DNA of 64,000 nt from Dehalococcoidia bacterium (GTDB lineage Bacteria > Chloroflexota > Dehalococcoidia > GIF9 > AB-539-J10): the NCBI GenBank assembly GCA_030605765.1, contig JAUWHP010000033.1, positions 7,812 to 71,811 of the forward strand. The letters run 5' to 3'. The translations under genes and the position numbers were made by a program. The notes beneath the pieces were generated by a model. The model did not search any database and had not been told where the DNA came from. It saw only the letters and a list, made by a program, of their open reading frames with translations. Below, piece after piece: positions 36,360-46,956 of this stretch. How positions within the stretch are numbered: position 1 is the stretch's first letter; the number at the start of each line of letters is the position of its first letter.

Positions 36360-37359
36360 TCCTAAAGTGTTCCCAACCTCCTTTCTTAGTAGGGATGATA
36401 TTCCCTTTAGTGTCTAGCAAGGTTACTCGATCTGGAAGGGTTTCTTCCACTATGTCGCCGATTATAGCTATGGGGCAGTCTAGAGCTTGTTTGGCTTGGT
36501 CAATAATGCTTTTGTCAGCGGTGAAAAGTAGCTCATAGTCCTCTCCTCCATATAGAGCTAATTCATGATAGTTTGGGAAATTAGCTTTGACCAAGGGGTG
36601 TGTGGGGACTTGCTCCATTTCTATTTTGGCACCGACTTTGCTAGCCTCACATATGTGACCAAGGTCAGCGATTAGTCCGTCGCTTATATCTATAGCGGTC
36701 TTGACCCCATGCTGGGCTAGAATCTGTCCCTCTCTTATTCTAGGTACAGGTTGAAGGTGAGCTCTTCTTAGGATGCTGGTTGTCTGAGTGTCTAAGCTAA
36801 TGTTTTCCTTGAACATTTTCAAACCTGCCGCTGATAGCCCTAAGGGTCCTGTAACAGCTACCTGCTCGCCAGGTGTGGCTGTTGACCTTCTAAGTACGGA
36901 TTTGGTTTTTGAGTTGCCCAGGACAGTAACAGTGATAACTATATTGGGGGAAGTAGTGATGTTGCCTCCAGCTATGGCTACCCCAAATTCTGCGGCCAAG
37001 GATGCTATGCTGTGGCAGAACTGAGAGATGTTTTCCGTTTCAAGTTCACCGGGCAAAGCTAGGGAAATCAAGGCGTATTTTGGAGTGCCCCCCATAGCAG
37101 CTATGTCACTTAAGTTTACTGCTAATGCCTTCCAACCCAATTCCTCCCAAGTAGTATTGTTTAGATCAAAGTGGATACCTTGGACTAAGCTGTCTGTAGT
37201 AGCCAGTTGGATGTAGTTATCGCCTTGCCAGGCGGCAGCGTCATCACCAATACCAACTAACAATTGCTGCCATGAAGCCTGCTGAAGATCCTTGGATTTA
37301 TTGGTGATGTTGCGTACGAGGGTAATTAAAGCAAATTCACCCAACTCCGATAGTTTCAT
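36331..37359 (-). CDS. thiL: thiamine-monophosphate kinase
   Basis: AIR-synthase-related fold with N-terminal LGEFALI and GDDAA motifs. Confidence 0.85.
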   Translation of the reverse strand: MKLSELGEFALITLVRNITNKSKDLQQASWQQLLVGIGDDAAAWQGDNYIQLATTDSLVQGIHFDLNNTTWEELGWKALAVNLSDIAAMGGTPKYALISLALPGELETENISQFCHSIASLAAEFGVAIAGGNITTSPNIVITVTVLGNSKTKSVLRRSTATPGEQVAVTGPLGLSAAGLKMFKENISLDTQTTSILRRAHLQPVPRIREGQILAQHGVKTAIDISDGLIADLGHICEASKVGAKIEMEQVPTHPLVKANFPNYHELALYGGEDYELLFTADKSIIDQAKQALDCPIAIIGDIVEETLPDRVTLLDTKGNIIPTKKGGWEHFRSEIPKAKFA

Positions 37360-37435
37360 ACTCGAGAGTATAACATTGGCTTCAGCGTAGCTTCAACTTT
37401 AACAATCTAGGTTGCTAATGCTATAGTTTGCCATC

Positions 37436-38170
37436 ATGAGACATGCTATTCTTGGTGATATTCATGCTAATTTAGCTGCTTTCCAAGCTGTGCTTGAGGA
37501 TATAGAAACCAGAGGGGGATTTGGTGAGATATGGTGTTTAGGGGATATAGTAGGATATGGCCCTGACCCCCATGCTTGCATTGAGCTGTTGCAGCAATAT
37601 AAGAGCGCTTGTGTTGTTGGTAATCATGATTGGGCTGCTATTGGCAGGATTGATATTTTGGATTTCAATCCTGATGCTGCCAGGGCCTGCCGGTGGACGG
37701 CAAAACAACTAACTACCGAGGATGCAGATTACTTGCAAAGCCTTGCTGTTAAACTAACGCGAGGCGATTTTACTCTGGTTCATGGCAGCCCTCGACAGCC
37801 TATCTGGGAATATTTGCTCTCAGTGGATGGCGCCAAGGATAATTTTAGCGATTTTGATACCAGATTCTGCCTTGTAGGACATTCCCACGTGCCACTAATT
37901 TTTCGGCAGACTAAAGATGGCAATTGCTTTGTGGCAGAAATCCCTGATACAATAAACTTGGAGTATGAAAAGCACCGCTTAATTATTAACCCTGGCGGTG
38001 TAGGCCAACCTCGTGATGGCGATCCCAGGGCGAGTTATGCTATTTATGATAGCGATGCTCAAGTCATATATCATTATCGTGTTGATTATGATATTGCAGT
38101 TACCCAAAAGAAAATGGTGGAATACGGTTTACCTTTGCCACTAGCTCTTCGCTTAAATTATGGTCATTAG
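37436..38170 (+). CDS. metallophosphoesterase (calcineurin-like phosphodiesterase, YfcE-like)
   Basis: GDIHAN, GDIVGYGP and VVGNHD metallophosphatase motifs. Confidence 0.8.
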   Translation: MRHAILGDIHANLAAFQAVLEDIETRGGFGEIWCLGDIVGYGPDPHACIELLQQYKSACVVGNHDWAAIGRIDILDFNPDAARACRWTAKQLTTEDADYLQSLAVKLTRGDFTLVHGSPRQPIWEYLLSVDGAKDNFSDFDTRFCLVGHSHVPLIFRQTKDGNCFVAEIPDTINLEYEKHRLIINPGGVGQPRDGDPRASYAIYDSDAQVIYHYRVDYDIAVTQKKMVEYGLPLPLALRLNYGH

Positions 38171-38211
38171 CATGTTATAATACAGGGAAATTTGTTTTAT
38201 GGTGTCTAAAA

Positions 38212-38502
38212 ATGAGTAAGTATGAATTGGTGACGGTGATTAGTCCTGAAATTGATGAAGGAAAAGCGTCCGAAACCACGGACAAAGTGAACCGGTTTAT
38301 TAGTGAGAGAGGAGGAGTTGTGGAAGAGAGCAAGCAGTGGGGACGAAAGAAGCTAGCTTATCCGATAAAACGGTTTATGGAGGCTGATTATACCTTGACT
38401 CTTTTTAAGTTAGAGCCAAAATTGCTTAAGGAATTTGAAGCAGATCTTAGAACTTCGGGAGAGATTTTGAGACATCTTGTGGTGAAAGTAGGAGAGGAAT
38501 AA
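38212..38502 (+). CDS. rpsF: 30S ribosomal protein S6
   Basis: MSKYELVTVISPEIDE..., 96 aa, first gene of the rpsF-ssb-rpsR cluster. Confidence 0.92.
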   Translation: MSKYELVTVISPEIDEGKASETTDKVNRFISERGGVVEESKQWGRKKLAYPIKRFMEADYTLTLFKLEPKLLKEFEADLRTSGEILRHLVVKVGEE

Positions 38503-38892
38503 ATGGCAAGCTTAAACAAAGTCATTCTCATAGGCAATGTCGGTGCTGACCCTGAGATGCGATATACACCGGATGGCAACCCAGTCACTTCCTTTCGTGT
38601 GGCTACCAATTATCGTTATACTGGCGCCAATGATGAACCAAAGGAAGAGACAGAGTGGTTTAAGGTAATTGCGTGGCGTAAACTGGCTGAACAGTGCAAC
38701 CAATTCTTGGTTAAAGGACGCCAAGTTTATGTTGAGGGGAGATTACGTACCCGCAATTGGGAAGGGCAGGATGGGCAGAAGCGAGTTAGTGTTGAGGTAG
38801 TGGCAAACAGGGTAATTTTTCTTGGTAAACGGGCATTGACCTCTCTCCCCGAGGAGGGTGAACTTGAACCTGAGGATCTGCCTTTTAATTAA
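38503..38892 (+). CDS. ssb: single-stranded DNA-binding protein
   Basis: MASLNKVILIGNVGADPEMRYTPDG OB-fold, with an acidic C-terminal tail DLPF. Confidence 0.92.
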   Translation: MASLNKVILIGNVGADPEMRYTPDGNPVTSFRVATNYRYTGANDEPKEETEWFKVIAWRKLAEQCNQFLVKGRQVYVEGRLRTRNWEGQDGQKRVSVEVVANRVIFLGKRALTSLPEEGELEPEDLPFN

Positions 38893-38909
38893 TGTGAAGG
38901 AGTTGGAAA

Positions 38910-39200
38910 TTGGTTAACGCTGGAGAGATAAGGAAACCGAGAAATTTTGTTCGGAGACCAGCGGTTTGCCCTTTTTGCGCGGGGAAGGCGAGTATAGATT
39001 ATAAAAATGCCTCTGTTTTGTCGCAGTATATCTCCAGCCGCGGCAAAATCGGGTCGCGGCGGAGAACTAAGGCTTGTGCTAAACACCAACGGAAATTGGC
39101 ACAAGCCATAAAGAGAGCTCGATTTTTGGCCCTATTGCCTTATGCGCCAAGCCACATTTGGAAAACAGGTGGTGTAGGCTTGCATCGATTGATGTCTTAA
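38910..39200 (+). CDS. rpsR: 30S ribosomal protein S18
   Basis: CPFCAG...IDYKN...LSQYIS...[15 protein letters not shown] motif set. Confidence 0.9.
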   Translation: MVNAGEIRKPRNFVRRPAVCPFCAGKASIDYKNASVLSQYISSRGKIGSRRRTKACAKHQRKLAQAIKRARFLALLPYAPSHIWKTGGVGLHRLMS

Positions 39201-39211
39201 ACTAACTGCAC

Positions 39212-39352
39212 ATGCCAAAGCGTACTTACCAGCCAAAAAAAATCCCTCGCAAGCGTAAATTGGGCTTCCGTGCTAGGCTGGCTACTCGTGGTGGCAGGAA
39301 AGTGCTTAAGGCAAGACGCCTTAAGGGGCGACGGAGGTTAACTCCAGTTTAG
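39212..39352 (+). CDS. rpmH: 50S ribosomal protein L34
   Basis: 46-aa [49 protein letters not shown]. It is absent from the track (<60 aa) but the sequence is unmistakable. It immediately precedes rnpA. Confidence 0.92.
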   Translation: MPKRTYQPKKIPRKRKLGFRARLATRGGRKVLKARRLKGRRRLTPV

Positions 39353-39362
39353 TTGTATCTTT

Positions 39363-39689
39363 ATGAAGGCACATTGGGCTTTAACCGAAAGAGCACAATA
39401 TGCGTTGGTTTACCAGAAGGGGAGCACATATATAGATAATTTAATTGTGATGAAAATATTGCCTAATGAGTTGGATTTAAGCAGGTACGGATTCTCAGTA
39501 ACTAAGAAAGTAGGCAAAGCGGTACAACGCAACCGATTGAAGCGGTTGCTTAGACAGATACTAAAGCTGCAACTGATAAAACCAGGGTGGGATATTGTCT
39601 TCATTGTTCGACGGCAAGCAGGTGCTGCTGGATACCATGAGTTAGAAAAGGCAATAACTAATTTATTAGGTCAAGCATGTTTACTATAG
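39363..39689 (+). CDS. rnpA: ribonuclease P protein component
   Basis: FSVTKKVGKAVQRNRLKRLLRQ is the RnpA RNR-motif region. Confidence 0.9.
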   Translation: MKAHWALTERAQYALVYQKGSTYIDNLIVMKILPNELDLSRYGFSVTKKVGKAVQRNRLKRLLRQILKLQLIKPGWDIVFIVRRQAGAAGYHELEKAITNLLGQACLL

Positions 39690-39696
39690 GGAAGTA

Positions 39697-39906
39697 GTGA
39701 AGCAACTAGCGCTGAAGTTAATTAAACTATATCAGGCAACAGCATCAGAGGTTACTCCTCACTCTTGCCGCTTCCAACCTACATGTTCTCACTATGCCCA
39801 GGCTGCGATTGGGAGATATGGGCTTGGTAAAGGTAGTTGGCTAACACTTAAGCGATTAGCCCGCTGTAATCCATTTTTTGAGGGTGGCTATGATCCTGTG
39901 CCTTAG
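39697..39906 (+). CDS. yidD: membrane protein insertion efficiency factor YidD
   Basis: CRFQPTCSHYAQAAIGRYG...RLARCNPF. Confidence 0.9.
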   Translation: MKQLALKLIKLYQATASEVTPHSCRFQPTCSHYAQAAIGRYGLGKGSWLTLKRLARCNPFFEGGYDPVP

Positions 39907-39928
39907 TTCGACGTTCTAGTGTATTGAA

Positions 39929-41134
39929 ATGAAGATCAAAATATTAATTGCGCTGGGCATTTTTTGCTTGCTTGTCTTAGGCGCTGGTGGTTGTATAGGA
40001 GGGCAAGCAAAACCTCAAGGGTTCTCTGGAGTTATGTCTGATGATGAGATTCTCTATTTAGGCTCTGTGGATGGCAAAATAATGGCGATAAGCCCTTCAG
40101 CACGAGATCAGGAGCTGGATTTCCCTTCCTTGTCTAATGGAGAATGGTCTTTCGCCTTTACTATGCCTTCTAAAGGTATGGCGTGTGGCAGTTCATCTGT
40201 ATCAATTGTCATATATGGCACACCTGTCATGGCAAATGGCCTGGTTTGTATTGGCATCTACAATGGAAAGGTGTTAATGATAAATCCTTCAGCTAGGAGT
40301 CAAAATTTGTCCTTCCCACAAGGAAGGAGTGGCGAGTGGTCTTACCCTAGAACGGACGATGCAATAGAGCCTATTGTGGGCAGTCCTGTGGTAGCCAATG
40401 ACACTATCTATGTGTGCAGCTCAGATAGTAGAGTCTATGCTTTGGATATGACTTATGGCGATGAAAAGTGGAGATCTGTCCCTCTGGATGGCAAGTTATG
40501 GACGACGCCACTGGTTGATGGAGATACTATATATGTGAGTACTTTTGATGGACATATCTATGCTTTGTCAATCAATGATGGTAGTTTATTACCCTGGGTT
40601 TTTGAGGCAAAGGTGGGATTTGCTTCGCCTCCAGAGATGTATAAAGGTACTATATTTGTAGGCTCCTTCGACCGCAACCTCTATGCAGTGAAAGTGGGTG
40701 ACGATAAACCGTTGTGGGAATTCACAGGTGGTAATTGGTTTTGGGCAACCCCTGTAGTTAGTGAAGATATTGTGTATGCTGGCTGCCTCGACGGTAAATT
40801 GTATGCCATCAGTAGCAAGACAGGTGAGGAATTATGGAGATTCGATGCTGGAAGCGGCATCGTTTCTTCACCGGTCATGACAGACGATTTGCTAGTGGTA
40901 ACCTGCGAATCTGGTGATGTATATCTTGTTAATGTGCAGACAGGTGAAGGCAGACGAATAAAAAATCCAGATGATCCCCAAAGTGCCGATAGACCATCCA
41001 TTGATGCTTCTATCCGAGGGCATCTTTGTGTGCTGGATGGTATAGTCTATATCGGTGCTCAAGATAATCGTCTCTACGCTGTAGATATTGACCGAGGGAA
41101 AATAGATTGGAAATTCCCCTTGGCTGTTGAATAA
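39929..41134 (+). CDS. PQQ-like beta-propeller repeat lipoprotein (BamB-like fold)
   Basis: Lipoprotein signal MKIKILIALGIFCLLVLGAGGC. Repeated YA(L/V)..DGK.LW motifs (8 blades). Confidence 0.75.
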   Translation: MKIKILIALGIFCLLVLGAGGCIGGQAKPQGFSGVMSDDEILYLGSVDGKIMAISPSARDQELDFPSLSNGEWSFAFTMPSKGMACGSSSVSIVIYGTPVMANGLVCIGIYNGKVLMINPSARSQNLSFPQGRSGEWSYPRTDDAIEPIVGSPVVANDTIYVCSSDSRVYALDMTYGDEKWRSVPLDGKLWTTPLVDGDTIYVSTFDGHIYALSINDGSLLPWVFEAKVGFASPPEMYKGTIFVGSFDRNLYAVKVGDDKPLWEFTGGNWFWATPVVSEDIVYAGCLDGKLYAISSKTGEELWRFDAGSGIVSSPVMTDDLLVVTCESGDVYLVNVQTGEGRRIKNPDDPQSADRPSIDASIRGHLCVLDGIVYIGAQDNRLYAVDIDRGKIDWKFPLAVE

Positions 41135-41146
41135 AGGTTTCTAGAT

Positions 41147-41899
41147 ATGGTGAATTTATGGAATTTGATTATTCTTGACCCAATGCTTAATGGGTTGGTC
41201 GCTTTATCCAGTCTTTTGCCTGAAGAAGTAGAGTTTGGTCTGGCTATTATTATCCTTACCGTTGTGGTTCGCTTGATACTCATGCCTCTTACCTTAAGGC
41301 AACTGAATTCTACCAAAGCCTTGCAAAGTATGCAGCCCAAGATTCAGGAGCTGCAGAAGAAATACGGTAGGGATAAGCGAAAACTTCAGCAAGAAATGGC
41401 GAAAATCTATAAAGAGGCTGGTGTTAATCCTGCAGGTTGTATATGGCCTATGTTAATCCAGTTTCCTATCTGGATTGCTCTTTATCAATCCATTATGAGA
41501 GCCCTGGCTACTGCTCCGGAGAACTTGCTTGACTTATCCAGGCACCTTTATTCCTGGCAAATAGTGAATCAAGCAATTCCGTTAAACAGCTATTTCTTGG
41601 GGCTTAATCTGGGGCAGCAAAGTAGTAGTGCAGGAATTGGCGGTCTAATTTTAGCTATTCTAGTTGGTGCTACAATGTGGGTGCAGCAGAAAATGACGAC
41701 CGCGCCATCTGCTGACCCAAAACAGCAGTCCCAAAGTGGTATGATGTTGCTAATGATGCCGCTCATGTTTGGCATGTTTGCTTTGATGTTTCCTAGTGGC
41801 TTAGCCCTTTATTGGCTGGCTTCCAACGTGATTGGTGTCGTAACTCAGTATTTCATTGGTGGGGGTTGGGGTTATTTGGTATCTTCCTCTCACACGTAA
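41147..41899 (+). CDS. yidC: membrane protein insertase YidC (short form)
   Basis: 250 aa with the conserved PL..RQL...KA.Q.MQP....ELQKKYG region and a C-terminal TM bundle. Confidence 0.9.
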   Translation: MVNLWNLIILDPMLNGLVALSSLLPEEVEFGLAIIILTVVVRLILMPLTLRQLNSTKALQSMQPKIQELQKKYGRDKRKLQQEMAKIYKEAGVNPAGCIWPMLIQFPIWIALYQSIMRALATAPENLLDLSRHLYSWQIVNQAIPLNSYFLGLNLGQQSSSAGIGGLILAILVGATMWVQQKMTTAPSADPKQQSQSGMMLLMMPLMFGMFALMFPSGLALYWLASNVIGVVTQYFIGGGWGYLVSSSHT

Positions 41900-41986
41900 T
41901 CAATGCCGAAACAGATGGGGGGAAAGCACACTAAAAGTAATGTTGTGTTGCACTGAGGCAAATTGCTGAAAGTGAGGACTTAAAAG

Positions 41987-42616
41987 ATGGAAGAGCTGGA
42001 GATAACTGCTGAAACAGTGGAACAAGCAACCAGAGAGGCAGAAAAGCAGCTAGGGGCAAATCGTGATCAAATTGAGATAGTAGTTATACGGGAGGGCAAG
42101 TCAGGACTTTTTGGGATTGGGAGTGAAGAGGCTGTAATTAAAATAAAAGCGTTAGCTAGGCCAGACAAAGACATTGAGGTGGCCATAGACGTGTTGGAAA
42201 CCTTGCTTAGGTTAATGGGGTTAGTGGGTGTGGTTAAAACATCACGTGACGAGATGCGGCTAATTCTGAATATTGAAGGTGATGACTTGGGCATCTTGAT
42301 TGGTAGGATGGGTCAGACTTTGGCTTGCTTGCAATATATCGTTAGACTCATAGTAGCTGGGCGGCTAAAGGACTGGTTGCCATTAAATGTTGATGTTTGT
42401 GGATATAAAAAACGCCGTTGTGATTCTTTGCGAGAGCTAGCCTTGAGGCTGGCGGGACAGGTGAAATTGAGGCGCCGTTCTGTGACCCTTGAACCAATGC
42501 CGCCCGCTGAACGTCGTGTTATTCATTTAGCTTTAACCAATCATCCTGATGTCATTACTCACAGCATAGGGGAAGGTACAAGCAGAAAAATTGTCATTTC
42601 GTTGAAAAGAAGCTGA
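41987..42616 (+). CDS. khpB: RNA-binding protein Jag/KhpB (KH + R3H domains)
   Basis: Conserved position after yidC. The KH-like region, then R3H region (PMPPAERRVIHLAL). Confidence 0.85.
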   Translation: MEELEITAETVEQATREAEKQLGANRDQIEIVVIREGKSGLFGIGSEEAVIKIKALARPDKDIEVAIDVLETLLRLMGLVGVVKTSRDEMRLILNIEGDDLGILIGRMGQTLACLQYIVRLIVAGRLKDWLPLNVDVCGYKKRRCDSLRELALRLAGQVKLRRRSVTLEPMPPAERRVIHLALTNHPDVITHSIGEGTSRKIVISLKRS

Positions 42617-42619
42617 TCC

Positions 42620-45600
42620 ATGTTCCACAAGGTGAGTAGTAAACCAAATTTTCCTGGAATAGAGCAGCATATCCTTCATTTTTGGAGCGAGCATGACATT
42701 TTTAATAAAAGTGTAAAAGCGAGACAAGGAGCACCGCATTTTGCCTTCTATGAAGGCCCTCCTACAGCTAATGGTAGCCCAGGGATTCACCATGTACTGG
42801 CTCGACTGTTCAAGGATATTGTTTGCCGCTACAAGACAATGAAAGGTTACCATGTACCACGCAAGGCGGGATGGGATACCCATGGACTGCCTGTAGAGCT
42901 CGAAATAGAGAGTTCTCTTGGTTTCAGCAACAAGACTGAAATTGAGAAATATGGTGTAGCTCAATTCAATCAGAAGTGCCGGGAAAGTGTCTTTCAATAC
43001 ATCAGGGAATGGGAAGCTAACACTGAACGCATCGGTTATTGGTTAGATATGAAACATCCTTATACAACTTGGGATAATGGCTATATTGAATCTTGCTGGT
43101 GGATAGTGAAAGAACTATGGGATAAAGGTCTTGTTTATCAAGGCTATAAGGTAACGCCACATTGCCCTAGATGTGGCACTTCACTCAGTTCCCACGAGGT
43201 AGCTCTGGGCTACCGAGATGATGCTGAGGACCCTTCAGTTTACATAAAGTTTAGACTGCATATTCCTTCGTTGTTGAAGCGGGACTCGGCTCTTTGCTCT
43301 ATTCTTGAACCTTCGTCTTTGCTTGAGAAACCTGCTTATTTTCTTGTCTGGACAACTACTCCTTGGACTTTGCCTGGCAATACTGCTTTGGCAATAGCCC
43401 CTAATGCTGAATACAGTGTAATGGAAGGGGAGCAGGATTACCTCATTCTAGCTAAAGAACTTACGGGGCAAATTGAACTTGTGGACTATAAGGAATTGGC
43501 TATTATATCAGGAAAAGCTCTTCTCTATCTTGAATACGAACCTTTGTTTAATCCGCATGATTTTGTTGTAGACCGTAAAACCTTGCCTTCTCTAAATATG
43601 CAAGTAGCAAAGGAGGATTTGACCTATCCGGTGATTGGCGCTAATTTTGTCTCCTTGAAGGAAGGTACAGGCATTGTTCATATGGCTCCTGCTTTTGGTG
43701 AGGTTGACTTCGACGTGGGAATGGACAAAGGACTTGATTTCGTTCAGCCTGTGGACTTAGAGGGGAAAATCACTGGCACGTACCCCTTTGCCGGCAAGTT
43801 TGTTAAGGATGCTGACCCTTTTGTTCTTGATAACCTTAAATCGCGTGGTTTGCTTTACCACAGTGAGAAAATTATTCACACCTATCCGTTTTGCTGGAGA
43901 TGCGGTGCGCCTGTTCTCTACTATGCCAAGAGGGCGTGGTACATCAAGACGACGGCAGTAAAGGACAAGCTTATTTCTGGAAATGAGGATATAAATTGGT
44001 ATCCAAATCACATTAAGTACGGCCGTTTTGGTGATTGGTTAGAAAGCAATGTTGATTGGGCTTTTTCCAGAGAGAGGTATTGGGGGACTCCCCTTAACAT
44101 TTGGCACTGTTCTTCCTGTGACAACTATGAATGTGTTGGCAGCATTGGCGAATTAAAGGCGAAGCCAAATCTTAGTGGCTTAGATGTGCTTTTAGATCTG
44201 CATCGCCCTTATGTAGATAAGGTTACTTTTGGTTGCCCTAAATGCGGGGGCGAGTTACAGCGTGTTCCCGAAGTAGTTGATTGTTGGCTTGATTCAGGCG
44301 CCATGCCTATAGCCCAATGGCATTACCCTTTCGAGAATAAAGATCAATTTGAGCAAAACTTTCCTGCTGATTTTATTTGTGAAGCTATTGACCAGACGCG
44401 GGGATGGTTCTATAGCTTGCACGCCATATCTATCTTGCTGTTTGAGAGGCCTTGCTTTAGAAATGTGATTTGCCTGGGACATGTTGTTGATGCGCATGGT
44501 GAGAAGATGAGTAAAAGCAAAGGCAATGTAATCGATGCTGGAGCAGTGATTAATGAATATGGTGCGGATGCTCTCCGTTGGTATTTATTGACTTGTGCGC
44601 CAGCGGAAAATATTCATCACTTCTCTATCCGAATGCTTACTGAGACCATACGGAAAGTTCTGCTCACTTTGTGGAATATTTATTCTTTTTTTACTCTCTA
44701 TGCCAACATCGATCATTTTGTTCCCCAGCCTTCAGCTTCACTATCCTTTACTGAACTGGATAATTGGATTACCTCGGAGCTTAATCTACTTATAGCTGAG
44801 GTAACTAAAGCACTAGATGCTTATGAGCCTGTATCAGCGGCGCGCCATATCCAAGGCTTTGTCGATAAACTTTCCAATTGGTATGTGAGACGTAATCGCC
44901 GGCGATTCTGGAAAAGTGAGAGCGATGCTGATAAGCTAGCAGCTTATACCACATTGTATCAGTGTTTGGTGGTCTTATCTCAACTTTTGGCTCCCTTCAC
45001 CCCATTTATTGCAGAGGAACTTTATCAAAATCTGCTTCGTTCTGTTGACACTAAAGCTAAAGAGAGCGTACACCTAACTGATTTCCCTGTAGTTGATAAG
45101 GCTAAAATAGATGATAAACTGAATCGCGAAATTGATCTAATTAGGAGAATATCGAGTTTGGGTAGGGCAGCACGGGCGAAGGCAAGAATTAAAGTACGCC
45201 AGCCCTTGGCAAAGGTTGTAGTCAAGGTGGAATCTGAAGAAGAAACAGAGGTTTTAATCAAATTGGCCGCCGAAATAAAAGAAGAGATAAATGTCAAAAA
45301 TATGGATTTTTCCCTTGAGGAATCTTTTTTGGATGCACCTGGCTACAGCGTGGCTGCTGATGGCCGGTATTGGGTAGCCATAAACACTGAATTGACCCCC
45401 GAGCTGGTTGCAGAGGGAATAAGTAGGGAAATCGTGCGGCACCTGCAGGTTATGCGCCGCTCTGCTAACTTCGACGTTGCTGAATATATCGTTGCTTATT
45501 ACCAGGCAGCAGACTCGGTTGAACAGGTTATGACTGATTTTGCAGATTATATCAAGCGGGAAACGTTATCTCGGGAACTTATTGATGGCCTTCCGCCTCA

Positions 45601-45670
45601 TGGGTCTTACACTGAAAAGCATCGTATTTCAGGCAGCGATATTTTGCTGGCGGTTAAGCAAGTGAATTAA
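42620..45670 (+). CDS. ileS: isoleucine--tRNA ligase
   Basis: 1016 aa with HIGH-type motif (PPTANGSPGIHH), CP1 editing domain, KMSKS and a C-terminal zinc-binding region. Confidence 0.97.
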   Translation: MFHKVSSKPNFPGIEQHILHFWSEHDIFNKSVKARQGAPHFAFYEGPPTANGSPGIHHVLARLFKDIVCRYKTMKGYHVPRKAGWDTHGLPVELEIESSLGFSNKTEIEKYGVAQFNQKCRESVFQYIREWEANTERIGYWLDMKHPYTTWDNGYIESCWWIVKELWDKGLVYQGYKVTPHCPRCGTSLSSHEVALGYRDDAEDPSVYIKFRLHIPSLLKRDSALCSILEPSSLLEKPAYFLVWTTTPWTLPGNTALAIAPNAEYSVMEGEQDYLILAKELTGQIELVDYKELAIISGKALLYLEYEPLFNPHDFVVDRKTLPSLNMQVAKEDLTYPVIGANFVSLKEGTGIVHMAPAFGEVDFDVGMDKGLDFVQPVDLEGKITGTYPFAGKFVKDADPFVLDNLKSRGLLYHSEKIIHTYPFCWRCGAPVLYYAKRAWYIKTTAVKDKLISGNEDINWYPNHIKYGRFGDWLESNVDWAFSRERYWGTPLNIWHCSSCDNYECVGSIGELKAKPNLSGLDVLLDLHRPYVDKVTFGCPKCGGELQRVPEVVDCWLDSGAMPIAQWHYPFENKDQFEQNFPADFICEAIDQTRGWFYSLHAISILLFERPCFRNVICLGHVVDAHGEKMSKSKGNVIDAGAVINEYGADALRWYLLTCAPAENIHHFSIRMLTETIRKVLLTLWNIYSFFTLYANIDHFVPQPSASLSFTELDNWITSELNLLIAEVTKALDAYEPVSAARHIQGFVDKLSNWYVRRNRRRFWKSESDADKLAAYTTLYQCLVVLSQLLAPFTPFIAEELYQNLLRSVDTKAKESVHLTDFPVVDKAKIDDKLNREIDLIRRISSLGRAARAKARIKVRQPLAKVVVKVESEEETEVLIKLAAEIKEEINVKNMDFSLEESFLDAPGYSVAADGRYWVAINTELTPELVAEGISREIVRHLQVMRRSANFDVAEYIVAYYQAADSVEQVMTDFADYIKRETLSRELIDGLPPHGSYTEKHRISGSDILLAVKQVN

Positions 45671-46824
45671 TCTGGAGGCGGTGGACTTTCCTGTAGTTGC
45701 GCCCAGGTTGTCTTGGTATCTGTACCTCTGACAAAGGCTATCTTTACCCGCTGGTCAGTTTGGCACGTAAGTATAGCTTGGATAAGATCTTCTTTTGTGT
45801 CTATTTTTTTCTCGTCGAAGCGGATGATGACATCTCTCTCTTTTAGTCCGGCAGCTTCGGCTGGGCTACCGCTAACCACTTCTACAATAAGCACCCCTTT
45901 CTCAACAGAAAGGTTGTTCACCGCGGCTATGAAGGAATCCACAGTATATAATGCTACGCCTAGCCATGGGCGCGTTACATAACCCTGGTGGATTAAAGCT
46001 TCAATAATGGGCTTAGCACTGTTTATACTTATGGCGTAGCCCATGCCTTCTATCCCGGTTGCAGCTATTTTAACACTGGTTATGCCTACGATTTCACCTG
46101 ATATGTTTACCAGCGGGCCACCACTGTTACCAGGATTGATAGCTGTGGTGGTTTGGATTAAACCTGAAAGGCTGTTTCCTTGAACGGTCACTGAGACATT
46201 TAAGCGGCTGACGATCCCTTCGCTAGCTGATATTCCTTGTCCCAGGGCATTGCCGATGGCCACTACCCAATCACCTATGACAAGCAGGTCTGAATCACCA
46301 AGGCGAGCATAAGGCAAATCTGCTGCCTTGATCTGGAGCACTGCTAAATCAGTTAGAGCATCGGTGCCTACTGTGTTGGCGGGGAAAGTCCTGCCGTCAG
46401 CTAGTTTCACTTGTACACTCTCAGCATTTTGCACTACATGATTATTGGTAACAATATATCCCTCATATTTTTCCTCACTGCGGATTAGGAATCCAGAGCC
46501 GGCAGCAGTTTGCTTGTGTTCTTCCTGGAAAATATCATACACTACTATCTCGGTGGTAACAGAGACTACGGAGGGCATTGCCTCCCTAACGACGCTGGCA
46601 ATATCAGGTAGTGGCTGAGCTGTCTGGCTGTTCTCTGAAGGAAATGTCCACTCAGGGTTGGTGTATTCACTCGAGTTACTGGGTGGAGGTGAAGTGGGTA
46701 GAGATGGAGTAGGTGACCACGGTAATGCTAAAGAGCAAGCGCTGGAGCCTAATGTTAGGCTTAGTAGCGCTAATGCCATAAGGATATTTTTGATTTTCTT
46801 TAGCATTTTGCCTGCACGGTTCAA
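45667..46824 (-). CDS. htrA: HtrA/DegP-family serine protease with one PDZ domain
   Basis: Signal/TM N-terminus, catalytic triad context (TNNHVV, D, GNSGGPLV), and a PDZ domain (GVLIVEVVSGSPAEAAGL). Confidence 0.9.
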   Translation of the reverse strand: MNRAGKMLKKIKNILMALALLSLTLGSSACSLALPWSPTPSLPTSPPPSNSSEYTNPEWTFPSENSQTAQPLPDIASVVREAMPSVVSVTTEIVVYDIFQEEHKQTAAGSGFLIRSEEKYEGYIVTNNHVVQNAESVQVKLADGRTFPANTVGTDALTDLAVLQIKAADLPYARLGDSDLLVIGDWVVAIGNALGQGISASEGIVSRLNVSVTVQGNSLSGLIQTTTAINPGNSGGPLVNISGEIVGITSVKIAATGIEGMGYAISINSAKPIIEALIHQGYVTRPWLGVALYTVDSFIAAVNNLSVEKGVLIVEVVSGSPAEAAGLKERDVIIRFDEKKIDTKEDLIQAILTCQTDQRVKIAFVRGTDTKTTWAQLQESPPPPD

Positions 46825-46956
46825 TTATATCACTGTTGCTGTTATCTGAGAATTGGGGTAGTTAGCGCGGCTCATAGTTCATTCATTTGCATTTCTGCCT
46901 CAAAGAGCCAATCAAGTCAATTTCAACTGCGTGTTTCGCTCTTGCTATTGCCTTAT

